64,000 bases of DNA from positions 37,160 to 101,159 of the forward strand of contig JBBTCT010000029.1 of assembly GCA_038060895.1 (NCBI GenBank), in the 5' to 3' direction. The position numbers were made by a program, and so were the translations under genes. The notes under the pieces are model-generated. The model saw only the letters and a list, made by a program, of their open reading frames with translations, made no database searches and was not told the DNA's origin. Of the stretch, positions 29,801-39,850 are shown piece by piece; positions within the stretch are counted from its first letter, which is position 1, and each line of letters begins with the position of its first letter. Origin of the DNA: Planctomycetota bacterium. GTDB lineage: Bacteria; Planctomycetota; MHYJ01; WSZJ01.

Positions 29801-30891
29801 GGGCGCCCTTTCTCGCGGGCGATTTCCCGGTAGAGTTCCAGCACGGTTTCGATGTTGGCCCCGATCGAGTGCTGCTCCGCCTTCGCCCGGGCCGCCTTTC
29901 CCATCGCTTCGCGTTTCGGGCGGTCCGCCAGAAGCGGCTCGATCGCCGCGGCGAGCGCGGCGGGGTCCCGCGGGTTCTCGACGATCACGCCGTCCGAGCC
30001 GTGCGTCACGACTTCGCTCGCGCCGGCCTGCCGCGAAATCACGACCGGAATTCCCGTGGCCATCGCTTCGAGCGCGACGGTCCCGAACGCGTCGTAGAGG
30101 GTGGGGAAGAGCAGCAGGTCGGCGCGGCCGTATTCGGCAGGCATCGCCGATTGGGGGCCGGCGAATTCGACCCGGCCGAGGCGCGCCGAGATGGCGGCAT
30201 AGGCGCCCGGGTCTCCGCGGCCGACGACGCGCAGCCGCCACTCGGCGTTGACGCGCTCCAGCGCGTCGAGCGCCTGCTCGAGCCCCTTGCGCTCGAAGCC
30301 GCTTCCCACGAACAGCAGCCGCGGCGGGCCGTCGGCGGCGACGCGGTTGCGCGGGTGGAACTTCTCGATGTCCGTTCCGTTGTGGATGACCCGGCAGTCC
30401 TCGAGAGGCACGCCGTGGATGCGGTGGACTTCTTCGGCGACCCGTTTCGAAATGCAGACCAGCCGCCGCCAGCACCTCCCGGCGAAAACTTCCTTCTCCA
30501 GCCGGATCAGCGCGCGGTCTTTCGGGTGAAACAGGAACCACAGCGCGCCGGGCTCGCGCCCTTTCGTCTGCCGCAGGTATTCCTCATGGCAGCCGCCGCC
30601 GACGCGCAGGAGGTCCTGGGCAAAGGTCCGGCCGAAGCCGTGGACGCAGTCATAGTCCTCGAGCCGCACGAGCTTCGCGGCGTCGCGGGCGAAGGCGTTG
30701 TACTTCAGGTGCCCCATGGAAATGCCGGGGACTTCGTGAAACACCACCCCGGGCGTCTCCCCCTCGCGCCTCCGGCTCCACACATGCACTTCGTGTCCGC
30801 GCGACACCAACCCCCGCGCCAGGTCGAAGACATACCGCTCCACCCCGCCGCGCGTCTCGCTCCACGTGTAGACCACGAGTGCGATCTTCAA
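29797..30891 (-). CDS. GT4 glycosyltransferase (WaaG-like)
   Basis: KIALV..GGVERY, FVGSGFERKGL, PTLYDAFGTVALEAMATG; TTG start overlapping the upstream stop. Confidence 0.9.
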   Translation of the reverse strand: MKIALVVYTWSETRGGVERYVFDLARGLVSRGHEVHVWSRRREGETPGVVFHEVPGISMGHLKYNAFARDAAKLVRLEDYDCVHGFGRTFAQDLLRVGGGCHEEYLRQTKGREPGALWFLFHPKDRALIRLEKEVFAGRCWRRLVCISKRVAEEVHRIHGVPLEDCRVIHNGTDIEKFHPRNRVAADGPPRLLFVGSGFERKGLEQALDALERVNAEWRLRVVGRGDPGAYAAISARLGRVEFAGPQSAMPAEYGRADLLLFPTLYDAFGTVALEAMATGIPVVISRQAGASEVVTHGSDGVIVENPRDPAALAAAIEPLLADRPKREAMGKAARAKAEQHSIGANIETVLELYREIAREKGRP

Positions 30892-31655
30892 GCGGGGCCG
30901 CCCCCGGCCGCATCGTGGCCCTTCGTCCGCTCCCAGAGCTTCACCTGCCGCGTGAATACGTTGAACGCACTCGCGCTCGCGATGACGAATCCGGCGAGGC
31001 CGTCCAGGAAACCGGCCTTCAGGACGTAGACCTCGAAGAACTTCCAGTGGGGCTTGAAGAGCAGCGCGAGGAGCGAGAAGCGCCTGCCCTTGTCGTAGAG
31101 CTCCTTCGACGCCGCTTCGGAGAATGCGTTGATCGTGCGGACCTGGTGCGCGAAGTTCTTGTACGTGAAGTGCTGGATTTCGCCCTTGAGTCGGGACGGC
31201 TTGCCCTCGAGGGCGAAGTGGTCGTGCGGGTCGGTGCCGGCGAATTTCCCCTTCGACTTCCGGAAGAGGCGCATCTTGAAGTCCGGGTACCAGCCGCAGT
31301 GGTTGATCCAGCGGCCGAGGTACCAGGTGTGGCGGGGGATTTCGTAGCCGTCCGCGGCAGGATTCTCGAGGACTTTCGGGATTTCCGTGCGCAGTTCCGG
31401 GGACACGCGCTCGTCGGCGTCGAGGCAGAACACCCAGTCGTGCGTGCAGTGCTCGAGCCCCGCCTGCCGCTGCTCGTTGATCCCGTTCCACGCGCGCTGC
31501 ACGACGGTCGCGCCCATCTCGCGGGCGATGTCGCACGTCTTGTCCGTCGAGAACGAGTCAACGACGAGGACCTGGTCCGCCCATGCGAGCGACTTCAGGC
31601 ACTCCCGGATGTTCGCTTCCTCGTTCAGCGTGATGACGAATGCGGTGACCTTCAT
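30888..31655 (-). CDS. GT2 glycosyltransferase (WaaE/KdtX-like)
   Basis: ITLNEEANI, VVDSFSTDKT, LDADE, WYPD..RLF, GFLDG. Confidence 0.92.
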   Translation of the reverse strand: MKVTAFVITLNEEANIRECLKSLAWADQVLVVDSFSTDKTCDIAREMGATVVQRAWNGINEQRQAGLEHCTHDWVFCLDADERVSPELRTEIPKVLENPAADGYEIPRHTWYLGRWINHCGWYPDFKMRLFRKSKGKFAGTDPHDHFALEGKPSRLKGEIQHFTYKNFAHQVRTINAFSEAASKELYDKGRRFSLLALLFKPHWKFFEVYVLKAGFLDGLAGFVIASASAFNVFTRQVKLWERTKGHDAAGGGPA

Positions 31656-32635
31656 CCGCGCACCCACCCTTCGCACGCCGCCCAGACCTGCTCGACGGGA
31701 AGGTCCCGCATGCACGGGTGGTCGATCGGGCATTCACGCAGCAGGCACGGCGAACATTCGACCTGATGCTGCACGATCGTGTGCCGCTTTCCGAACGGAC
31801 GCGTCGTGCGCGGGTCGGTCGGGCCGAAGATCGCTACGACGGGAGCGCCGACCGCCGCGGCGACGTGCATCGGGCCGGTGTCGTTGGTGACGAAGACCGC
31901 GCACCGGGCGATGAGTGCGGCGAGGCGGGGAAGCGTAGTTTTCCCGGAGAAATTCGTCGCGGAAGTGCCGATGGACTCTGCGACTTTCGAACCGAGCGCC
32001 GCTTCCGCCGGTCCGCCGACGACGGCGACACGGAAGCCGCGCGAGGCGAGGCGTTTGCCGATTTCGACGAAGCGTTCCGGGTACCACTGCTTGGCTTTGC
32101 CGTAGGTGGCGCCTGGGTTGAGGCCGGCCCATGTGTCGCCGGGAAGGTGCCCGGCGGCCCAGGCCTTCGCTTCGGCCGGGGGAACGATTTCCGGCGCGGT
32201 TGCGGCCGGGACTTCGCCGAACGGCCGGAGCAGTTCGAGGTAATAGGCGACGCGGTGGTTCGTCATGAGGCGTTCGCTGCGATCCACGGAGTCGGTCAGG
32301 ACGGGCCCGCGCGCATCGCCGGTGAAGCCGATGCGGCGAGGGATGCGGGAGACGAAGGGCGCGAGCGAAGCGCGGAAAGAGCGCGGGAACATGAAAGCAA
32401 CGTCGAACTTTTCGCGGCGCAGGCGCGCCACGAGGCGAAGAAAAGGAAGGAATCCGCCGCCGTAGGGGAGCACCTCGTCCACGGCAGGCTCGCACGCGTA
32501 CAGGTCTGCGAGGTTTCCCTTCGTCAGCACGGAGAGTTTTGAACCCGGAAACCGCGCCTTGATCTCCCTCAATGCCGGAAGCGTCATCACGGCGTCACCA
32601 AGCCAGTTCACGCCCTTCACGAGGATCCGCTTCAA
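31652..32635 (-). CDS. waaF: ADP-heptose:LPS heptosyltransferase II (GT9)
   Basis: NWLGDAVM, LNPGATYGKAKQW, TNDTGPMHVAAA, CSPCLLRECP. Confidence 0.9.
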   Translation of the reverse strand: MKRILVKGVNWLGDAVMTLPALREIKARFPGSKLSVLTKGNLADLYACEPAVDEVLPYGGGFLPFLRLVARLRREKFDVAFMFPRSFRASLAPFVSRIPRRIGFTGDARGPVLTDSVDRSERLMTNHRVAYYLELLRPFGEVPAATAPEIVPPAEAKAWAAGHLPGDTWAGLNPGATYGKAKQWYPERFVEIGKRLASRGFRVAVVGGPAEAALGSKVAESIGTSATNFSGKTTLPRLAALIARCAVFVTNDTGPMHVAAAVGAPVVAIFGPTDPRTTRPFGKRHTIVQHQVECSPCLLRECPIDHPCMRDLPVEQVWAACEGWVRG

Positions 32636-33405
32636 CGCGCCCTCCCCGTCACCGCCCACCAGAACCGGTGCCGGCGCATTTTTGCCTCCGCGGCGGCGAT
32701 GGCGCGCTTCACGGCCGCGCGGTCGCGGACGAAGTAGAGCATGAGGAAGCGAAGGAGCGCGAAGGCAGGGAGGTGCAGGTGTTGTTTTTCGAGCGAGCGA
32801 TAGAGGCGGGCGAGGTTGTCGAGGCGGGCGCGTTCGGGGAGTGGGCGTTTCACCTTGGAGCCGGCGAGGTCGATGATGCGGACGCTGCCGTCGCGGGTGA
32901 CGAGGATGTTCTGGAGGTTGAGGTCGGCGTGCCAGAGGCCGGAGTCGTGCATGCGGCGGACGGCGGCGGCGACGGCGCTGGCGGGCGGCCGGGGAATGCC
33001 GCGCTTCGCTTCGCCGGCGATGACGTCCCGCAGCGTCGCCGCGTCATCGATGGTGCGGGTGACGACGTCGAGTCGCCAGGCGAGCCCGCGCTTCTCGGCG
33101 CGGACGGCGAGGACTTCTGCGACGGCGACGCCCTCGCGCAGGAGTTTTTCGCTGATCTGCATTTCGTCCCACGCGGCCTTGGGAGACCAGTGGCGGTCGC
33201 CGAGGAGGCCGCCGAGTGCGCCGCCGCGTCTGCAGTGGCGGATGAGGAATCCGCCGGGGAGAAGGCGGACGCCGCCGCGGCCGCCGGGGAACGGGCGTGA
33301 AGCGGCCTCGATCGCGGGCCACGGTTGCGCGAGGAGGGCGCGGAGGTCGTCGTGGCCGGGCGCGGTGGTCACAAGGAGGCCGCGGGGAATTTCGGCGATG
33401 GTCAT
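32632..33405 (-). CDS. Kdo kinase (KdkA-like)
   Basis: GGRGG, RHCRRGG, HADLNLQNIL, IIDL, NLARLYRSLEK. Confidence 0.82.
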   Translation of the reverse strand: MTIAEIPRGLLVTTAPGHDDLRALLAQPWPAIEAASRPFPGGRGGVRLLPGGFLIRHCRRGGALGGLLGDRHWSPKAAWDEMQISEKLLREGVAVAEVLAVRAEKRGLAWRLDVVTRTIDDAATLRDVIAGEAKRGIPRPPASAVAAAVRRMHDSGLWHADLNLQNILVTRDGSVRIIDLAGSKVKRPLPERARLDNLARLYRSLEKQHLHLPAFALLRFLMLYFVRDRAAVKRAIAAAEAKMRRHRFWWAVTGRAR

Positions 33406-33426
33406 CGTTTGCGGTAAGCCCTTGGC

Positions 33427-33493
33427 ATTATAGTGCTTGTGGCGAAGGAATCAATCGTCCCCCTTGACTCCCCCCCCGGTTGACTCTTACCCT
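33427..33493. promoter_or_regulatory. Candidate divergent promoters of the LPS cluster
   Basis: Minus: TTGATT (33454-33449), 16 nt, TATAAT (33432-33427). Plus: TTGACT (33464-33469), 18 nt, TACCCT. Confidence 0.45.
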
Positions 33494-33503
33494 GACTCAC
33501 TCA

Positions 33504-35579
33504 TTGAGCGACGCCCCGAAGCCGGAGAACTCCGAACCTTCCGCGAAACCACCGGGTCCTCCTCGGAAACCCGGCCCGCCCCCTCCGCAGAAAAAGCCGG
33601 AGACTTCAGCGTTCGATTTCGATGCGCTCGACGAACCGGAAATCCGTGAAGGGCCCCGGACCCCGACTCCGCCTGCGATGCGGAAACCTGCGGCCCCCGT
33701 CAGGCCTGCACCGGGAAGCGACAAGGCTGCTTCGCCGACGCCGCCTGCGCAGCGGCGCATGCCTACCACCAATTCGCCGACGCCGAAATTCGACTGGGCG
33801 GGAATCGGAGTGGGGGAGAAGCCGCCTGCGGGCCCGCCGTCGGCGCCGAAACGGGGAGTGTCACGGGATGACGACATTCCCGTCGTGGACGTGGATGACG
33901 CTTCACCGTCCCCGACGGTCATGATGCAGCGTCCGCCCAGCGTCGCGCCTGCGCCGGGCGCTGCGCGCGCCCCGGGCGGGCCTCCGACGCCGCCCCCCAG
34001 GCCTCCCTCGGTGGCTCCATTGCCGAGTCCGGGACGGAACCCGGGCGGCTCCCCGACGCCGGGCGCCCAGCGCGCGCCAGGGGGTTCACCAACGCCGGGC
34101 GCCACCCGAACCGCACCCGGCGCTCCCGTGCGCGGCACGCCGACTCCTCCTGCCCAGCGCGTCCCGTCGTCTCCCATGACCGTCACTCCCTCGGAGTTGC
34201 CCAGGCCCCAGGAAATCAACCTCGAGATCGAGGACGACCAGACGACGGCGCGCCGGATCGGCGCCACCCCGCCGAAAGGAACTCCCACAGCGAAGACGGC
34301 TCCCGTCCCAGGCGACGAGGATGTGCCCCCTTCGGCTCCTCTTCAGATCGCCGGAGAATCGAAGATCGTTCATCGCGCAGACCTGAAGGCCGCCGCAGCA
34401 GCGGCGCCGCCGCCGCGAGTCGGCCACCCTGCGATCAATTTCGACCGGATCCTCATCATCCGCCTCTCAGCGCTCGGTGACTGCGTCCACGTCCTCCCCG
34501 CGTTCGCCAACCTGCGCCGCGCTTTCCCCAAGGCGAAAATCGCCTGGGCCGTGGAGGACCGCTTCGCGTCGCTTCTCGAAGGCCTCCCCGGCCTCGACCA
34601 GGTCCTCGTTTTCCCCCGAAGCGAGTTCCGCGGCCTGTGGTGGAAGCCGTGGCTCTGGCCTTCCGGAATGATGCGCGCCATGGGGATCGCGCGCGCCCTC
34701 CGAAAATTCGCACCGACCGTGGCATTCGACTTCCAGGGAAACCTCAAGTCCGCCATGCACGCGAAGCACTGCAAGGCTCCCGCGAAGGTCGGGTTGGACG
34801 ACGCCAAGGAAGGCGCCGAGAAGCACTACAACTACCGCGTGAAGATCGACGGCAACGTTCATCGCGTCGAGCGCGGGTTCGAACTGCTGCGCGCGGCCGA
34901 AGTGCCGGTGACCGTGCAGCGTCTGTCTCCCGCGATCCCGGAGCGCGACCGCGCCGCGATCGACGGCTGGCTCCGCCACCAGAACGCGCGCCACACCGTC
35001 GTCTGCCACATCGGGACTTCGAAGTTCGGCGCCTTCAAGCGCTGGCCGCTCGAGAAGTGGTCTCGCGTAGGCAATCTTCTCTCGCGCGACGGCGCGCGCA
35101 CGGTGCTGTTCGCGTGGGGTCCCGGGGAGCGCGAGATGGCGGAGGAAGCGGCGCGGGGCGCGGGGTCCGAAAAGGTGGTCGTCGGCCCCGACACGCCGCG
35201 CATCGGCACGCTCGCGGCGCTGATCGCGCGCGCCGCCGTCGTCGTTGGCTGCGACTCGGGACCGCTTCACCTCGCCGCCATGATGAACGCCCCCGTCGTC
35301 GGGATCTACGGGCCGAAGGACCCGGCGATCTACGGCCCGTGGTGCGACCGGCACGTGGTGGTCTGGAAGGGGATGCCGTGCTCGCCGTGCACGAAGCGGG
35401 ACTGCGAGATCACGGACTGCATGAGCCTCGTCGAGCCGGAGGACGTCGCGAGCGCGGCGGAAGGGCTGCTGACGAAGATCAAGCATCCTGCGGCGATGGC
35501 GGTCGGCGGGGCGGATGCGGCGAAGACGCTGTGGGCTACGGGGGAGGGGTGGGAAGTCGGGAAGGAAGAAGTGCAGTGA
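33504..35579 (+). CDS. GT9 heptosyltransferase (WaaC-like) with long Pro-rich N-terminal extension
   Basis: RILIIRLSALGDCVH, DFQGNLKS, KRWP, GCDSGPLHLAA, CSPC; about 300 aa of Pro/Thr-rich N-terminus; start uncertain. Confidence 0.85.
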   Translation: MSDAPKPENSEPSAKPPGPPRKPGPPPPQKKPETSAFDFDALDEPEIREGPRTPTPPAMRKPAAPVRPAPGSDKAASPTPPAQRRMPTTNSPTPKFDWAGIGVGEKPPAGPPSAPKRGVSRDDDIPVVDVDDASPSPTVMMQRPPSVAPAPGAARAPGGPPTPPPRPPSVAPLPSPGRNPGGSPTPGAQRAPGGSPTPGATRTAPGAPVRGTPTPPAQRVPSSPMTVTPSELPRPQEINLEIEDDQTTARRIGATPPKGTPTAKTAPVPGDEDVPPSAPLQIAGESKIVHRADLKAAAAAAPPPRVGHPAINFDRILIIRLSALGDCVHVLPAFANLRRAFPKAKIAWAVEDRFASLLEGLPGLDQVLVFPRSEFRGLWWKPWLWPSGMMRAMGIARALRKFAPTVAFDFQGNLKSAMHAKHCKAPAKVGLDDAKEGAEKHYNYRVKIDGNVHRVERGFELLRAAEVPVTVQRLSPAIPERDRAAIDGWLRHQNARHTVVCHIGTSKFGAFKRWPLEKWSRVGNLLSRDGARTVLFAWGPGEREMAEEAARGAGSEKVVVGPDTPRIGTLAALIARAAVVVGCDSGPLHLAAMMNAPVVGIYGPKDPAIYGPWCDRHVVVWKGMPCSPCTKRDCEITDCMSLVEPEDVASAAEGLLTKIKHPAAMAVGGADAAKTLWATGEGWEVGKEEVQ

Positions 35580-35606
35580 GGCGCGTGAAGGAGAGTTTTG
35601 AGTCTG

Positions 35607-35658
35607 GGGTTCCGGAAGTTGAGTTCCGGGTTCTGTGTTCCGGGTTCCGGGTGGGGTT
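35607..35658. repeat. Solo arm of heptamer-based (GGGTTCC) repeat family
   Basis: Nearly identical to arms at 43683 and 46785. Confidence 0.85.
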
Positions 35659-35706
35659 CGGGGTTCGGAGTTTGGAGTACTGGCGGGGCGGTGCTGTTTG
35701 GCCGCG

Positions 35707-36450
35707 TTGAAAGCTGCCGCCGTGATTCCCGCCCGGTTTGCCGCGCAGCGGCTGCCCGGGAAGCCGCTTCTCAATGAGACCGGCAAGACGCTGATCCAGC
35801 ACGTTTGGGAGCAGGTGCGGCTGGCGCGGAACGTGTCGCGGATCCTGATCGCGACGGACGACCAGCGGATCTTCGACGCGGTGAAGGCGTTCCGCGGGAC
35901 GCCGGTGATGACGAGGGCCGATCACCCGAGCGGGACGGACCGGATCGCGGAAGTTGCGGCCGGGCTCGACGAGGAAATCGTCGTCAATGTGCAGGGCGAC
36001 GAGCCCGAGGTCGCGCCGGAGTCGATCGACCAGCTCGTCGAGCTCGCGCGAACCTCGGGCGCGCCCGTGGCAACGCTCGCGTGCGATTTTGCGAAGGCCA
36101 ATCCCGCTGACCCCGCGAAGGTCAAGGTCGTGCGCGACCTCGCGGGAAACGCCCTCTACTTCTCGCGGGCCCTGATCCCGTTCCCGCGCGGCGAGGGCGC
36201 GGTGCCGCTGCTTCACGTCGGGATGTACGCGTACAAGCGCGAGTTCCTGCTCAAGTTCCCTTCGCTCGAGCCGACGCGCCTGGAAAAGACGGAGAAGCTC
36301 GAGCAGCTCCGCGTGCTGGAACACGGATTCAAGATCGCGGTCGGCTTGACTTCACCCGGCCCGGGCGGCATTGACACGCCCGAGGACTATAAGGCGTTCG
36401 TGAAGCGGTATGCGGACCGCTGTTACGGCGGATCTTGCGCGAGCGGGTAG
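35707..36450 (+). CDS. kdsB: 3-deoxy-manno-octulosonate cytidylyltransferase
   Basis: VIPARF..RLPGKPL, IATDD, HPSGTDRIAE, NVQGDEP, LYFSR, EKLEQLR, IDTPED. Confidence 0.96.
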   Translation: MKAAAVIPARFAAQRLPGKPLLNETGKTLIQHVWEQVRLARNVSRILIATDDQRIFDAVKAFRGTPVMTRADHPSGTDRIAEVAAGLDEEIVVNVQGDEPEVAPESIDQLVELARTSGAPVATLACDFAKANPADPAKVKVVRDLAGNALYFSRALIPFPRGEGAVPLLHVGMYAYKREFLLKFPSLEPTRLEKTEKLEQLRVLEHGFKIAVGLTSPGPGGIDTPEDYKAFVKRYADRCYGGSCASG

Positions 36451-36496
36451 CTTCCGCCGCTGCGTTCTTTCGTGCGAGAGACTTCTCAAGCCAGCA

Positions 36497-36660
36497 ATCT
36501 GCGCGTATCTGCGTTGATCACGTTTTATCCGCGCGACGGATTTCCTTGAGATCGCCAGCCTGGCTTGAGCCGAATCGCTCTCCCTGAGCCCATGCACGCG
36601 CTTCAACCCGAAAACGTCGGTGGCGCAGATAAAACGCGATCCTCGCAGATACGCGCAGAT
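36497..36660. repeat. Inverted-repeat cassette (ATCTGCG/CGCAGAT units)
   Basis: 17-bp perfect TIR ATCTGCGCGTATCTGCG plus inner GATCACGTTTTATC/GATAAAACGCGATC. Confidence 0.85.
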
Positions 36661-36801
36661 GCGGTCGGAAGAACGGTCATGGCAGAAGCCGCCAGCATGC
36701 ACCGCCCTTGCGGACGACTATCTCTGGCACTTTCACCAAAACGCGCGAGAATCAATCCCCCAGAATGAAAAGTTTCTAACTCCCCCATTCTGGGAACGCG
36801 A

Positions 36802-38412
36802 GTGCCTAAACACATCTTCGTCACGGGCGGCGTGGTCAGCTCGCTTGGTAAAGGACTGACGTCCGGCGCTGTCGGCACTCTCCTCGAATCGCGCGGTCTG
36901 CGCGTCTCCATCCAGAAGATGGACCCGTACATCAACGTCGATCCCGGGACCATGTCGCCCTTCCAGCACGGGGAGGTCTACGTCACGACCGACGGCGCCG
37001 AAACCGACCTCGACTTGGGCCACTACGAGCGCTTCACGAATGCCCGCATCTCCCGCGAGTCGAACTACACCACCGGCCGCATCTACCTCAACGTGATCCA
37101 GAAGGAGCGGCGGGGCGAGTACCTCGGGAAGACGGTGCAGGTCGTGCCGCACATCACCAACGAGATCAAGGACGCGATCCGAAGAGCCGCTTCGTCCGAC
37201 GTCGACGTCGCCATCACCGAGATCGGCGGGACCGTCGGCGACATCGAGTCCCTGCCGTTCCTCGAAGCGATCCGGCAGATGGGGTGGGAGCTGGGCCGCG
37301 ACAACGTCTGCTTCCTCCATCTCACGCTCATCCCGTACCTGCGCGCTTCCGGCGAAATGAAAACGAAACCGACGCAGCATTCCGTCGGGAAATTGCGGGA
37401 GATCGGCATTCAGCCGGACTTCCTGCTGTGCCGGACTGAGCAGCACATCGGGGAAGAAGAGCGTTCGAAGATCGGGCTGTTCTGCAACGTGCCGCCTTCG
37501 CACGTGATCGAGGAAAAGGACGTCGATACTTCGATCTACGAGCTGCCGATCGTTCTGGCCAACCAGGGGCTGGACGAACTGGTGGTGCAGCACCTGAAGC
37601 TGCAGTCGGGGAAGCGGGATATCAGCAGCTGGGAAAAGATCGTGGGGATCCTGAAGGACCCTCCGCGGACGGTGGAGATTGCGGTGGTGGGGAAGTACCT
37701 GGAGGTTCACGACTCCTACAAATCGATGTGGGAGAGCCTGACGCACGGCGGGATCGCCAACGGCGCCAAGGTGCGGCTGCGGAAGGTGAATGCGCAGGAG
37801 GTCGAGAAGAGCGGGCCGGAGAAGCTGCTGGCGGGAGCGCATGGCGTGCTCGTACCGGGCGGGTTCGGCGAGCGCGGCGTCGAGGGGAAGATCGCGGCGA
37901 TCCGGTACGCGCGGGAAAAGCAGATTCCGTTCTTCGGCCTCTGCCTCGGGATGCAGTGCGCGACGATCGAATATGCGCGCACCATGTGCGGCATCAAGCA
38001 GGCGAACTCGGCCGAATTCGCGCCCGGCGGGCCGGACTCCGTCATCTGCCTGATGGACAGCCAGAAGCACGTCGTTGACAAGGGCGGCACGATGCGACTC
38101 GGTTCGTACCCGTGCCACATCTCAAAGGGCTCCCGCGCCTGGCAGGCCTACGGCGCCGAAGTTGTCCACGAGCGTCACCGGCATCGCTTCGAATTCAACA
38201 ACTCCTACAAGGACGTGCTCGAGAAGGCTGGCTTCAGGATCAGCGGCACTTCTCCCGACGCAAAGCTCGTCGAGATCATCGAGCTGGAAGATCACCCCTG
38301 GTTCGTGGCCACGCAGTTCCATCCCGAATACCAGTCGAAGCCGACGGCCGCGCACCCGCTCTTCCGTGCGTTCGTCAAGGCGGCGCTCGACCACGCGGAG
38401 AAGTCGAAATGA
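36802..38412 (+). CDS. pyrG: CTP synthase
   Basis: [50 protein letters not shown]. Confidence 0.98.
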   Translation: MPKHIFVTGGVVSSLGKGLTSGAVGTLLESRGLRVSIQKMDPYINVDPGTMSPFQHGEVYVTTDGAETDLDLGHYERFTNARISRESNYTTGRIYLNVIQKERRGEYLGKTVQVVPHITNEIKDAIRRAASSDVDVAITEIGGTVGDIESLPFLEAIRQMGWELGRDNVCFLHLTLIPYLRASGEMKTKPTQHSVGKLREIGIQPDFLLCRTEQHIGEEERSKIGLFCNVPPSHVIEEKDVDTSIYELPIVLANQGLDELVVQHLKLQSGKRDISSWEKIVGILKDPPRTVEIAVVGKYLEVHDSYKSMWESLTHGGIANGAKVRLRKVNAQEVEKSGPEKLLAGAHGVLVPGGFGERGVEGKIAAIRYAREKQIPFFGLCLGMQCATIEYARTMCGIKQANSAEFAPGGPDSVICLMDSQKHVVDKGGTMRLGSYPCHISKGSRAWQAYGAEVVHERHRHRFEFNNSYKDVLEKAGFRISGTSPDAKLVEIIELEDHPWFVATQFHPEYQSKPTAAHPLFRAFVKAALDHAEKSK

Positions 38413-38897
38413 CCGAAGAAAACGACCGGCCGGAGAAGAAGGTGGACGAGGACTGGAAGAAGCGGGCGGCCGACGAGAAGTCGAAGGTCCCGCCGGCGGC
38501 GAAGGCGGCGCCGGCGAAGGGTGGAGCGCCGGAAGCGCCGGCAGCGAAGCCGGGCGATCCTGCGGCAGCGGAGGCGCCGCCGGAGGAAGCGCCGCCTCCG
38601 GGAGGGCGCCGGAGGGGCGGGCCGTTCGAGATGCTGGTGACGATGCTCGTGCAGCAGGCGACGATGATGCTCGGTCTGGTCGCGGACCCGATGACGGGCG
38701 AGCGCTACCAGGACATCGGGCAGGCACGGATGATCATCGACATGCTGACGACGCTGAAATTGAAGACGAAAGGAAACCTGTCGGCGGACGAGGACCGGTT
38801 CCTGTCGAGCGCGCTCGGGGAATTGCAGATGGAGTTTGTGGCGCTGGCGGAGGAAATGCAAAAGCGGGCGCGGCCGGGTGCGAAAGGCGCGCGGTGA
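38409..38897 (+). CDS. DUF1844-like protein
   Basis: [34 protein letters not shown]; ATGA overlap with pyrG. Confidence 0.85.
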   Translation: MTEENDRPEKKVDEDWKKRAADEKSKVPPAAKAAPAKGGAPEAPAAKPGDPAAAEAPPEEAPPPGGRRRGGPFEMLVTMLVQQATMMLGLVADPMTGERYQDIGQARMIIDMLTTLKLKTKGNLSADEDRFLSSALGELQMEFVALAEEMQKRARPGAKGAR

Positions 38898-38903
38898 AGA
38901 AAA

Positions 38904-39013
38904 GGCTTAATATCAAATATCTAATATCGAATATATAATATACAATGCGGGGCTGGCCCGGCTGCCTTTCATTTGATATTATATATTTCATATTATATAT
39001 TTGATATTAAGCC
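38904..39013. repeat. AT-rich heptamer inverted-repeat cassette
   Basis: 17-bp perfect TIR GGCTTAATATCAAATAT; arms are tandem AATAT(C/A)N heptamers around a GC-rich core. Confidence 0.9.
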
Positions 39014-39043
39014 GTTGCCCTTCCGCCCATTCCAGGAGCCCAA

Positions 39044-39850
39044 ATGCGTCCCCTCCTCGCCATCGTTTTGTTCGCCGCCTGCGCCTCCGGCTGCTCTTCC
39101 ACGGAGAAGCCTCCTCCCGCCAACCTCGGGCACATCATCGCCTGCACCATGAAGGTCCAGGGCGAGTGGGGCTTCTGGCTGATCTACATTCAGGACGGCC
39201 TGCAGAAGCGGATCGCCACGTGCACGGACGCGGGGCCGGACTGGTCGCCCGACGGGAACGAGGTTGCGTGGTCGGATGGGGCGAAGGTCCGGATCATGCG
39301 CCTGGACGGGCGCGAGCCGCGCGAGATGTCGGGTGGACCGGGCTGGGCCCCGGCGTGGTCTCCGGATGGAAAGTTGATCGCGTTCGGCACGCTGAACTCG
39401 ATCCAGTCGCGGGAGATTGACGGCGCCAATTCCCGCGTCTGGACGGTGGCCGACGTCGCGTGCGAGCACCCGACATGGTCCCCGGACGGCCTGCGGCTGG
39501 CCGTCACGGACTCGAAGGGCGACCTCGTCATTACGGACGGAAAGAGCGAGAAGCGCGTTCCGCTGAACGGAGCGAGACATCCGGACTGGTCGCCGGACGG
39601 GAAGCGGATCCTGCTGGACGCTCCGGACGGCGCCATCCGGGCCTACATGGTGGAGTCGGGGGAAATCGTTCCGGTCGGAAACGCGCGCGGCTCGGACCCG
39701 AGCTGGCTGCGCGACGGGAAGGGATTTCTGACGGTCTGGCTGGGCTCCGGAGACGATTCGCCGTCGGTTTACGAGTGGGATTCGGAAGGGCGCATCGGGA
39801 CGAGGCTGACGAGCCGGGACGAAGTCAGGGATGCGTCGGGGAACTGGTAG
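39044..39850 (+). CDS. TolB-like (PD40 repeat) beta-propeller lipoprotein
   Basis: SD AGGAG, lipobox, repeated PxWSPDG. Confidence 0.88.
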   Translation: MRPLLAIVLFAACASGCSSTEKPPPANLGHIIACTMKVQGEWGFWLIYIQDGLQKRIATCTDAGPDWSPDGNEVAWSDGAKVRIMRLDGREPREMSGGPGWAPAWSPDGKLIAFGTLNSIQSREIDGANSRVWTVADVACEHPTWSPDGLRLAVTDSKGDLVITDGKSEKRVPLNGARHPDWSPDGKRILLDAPDGAIRAYMVESGEIVPVGNARGSDPSWLRDGKGFLTVWLGSGDDSPSVYEWDSEGRIGTRLTSRDEVRDASGNW

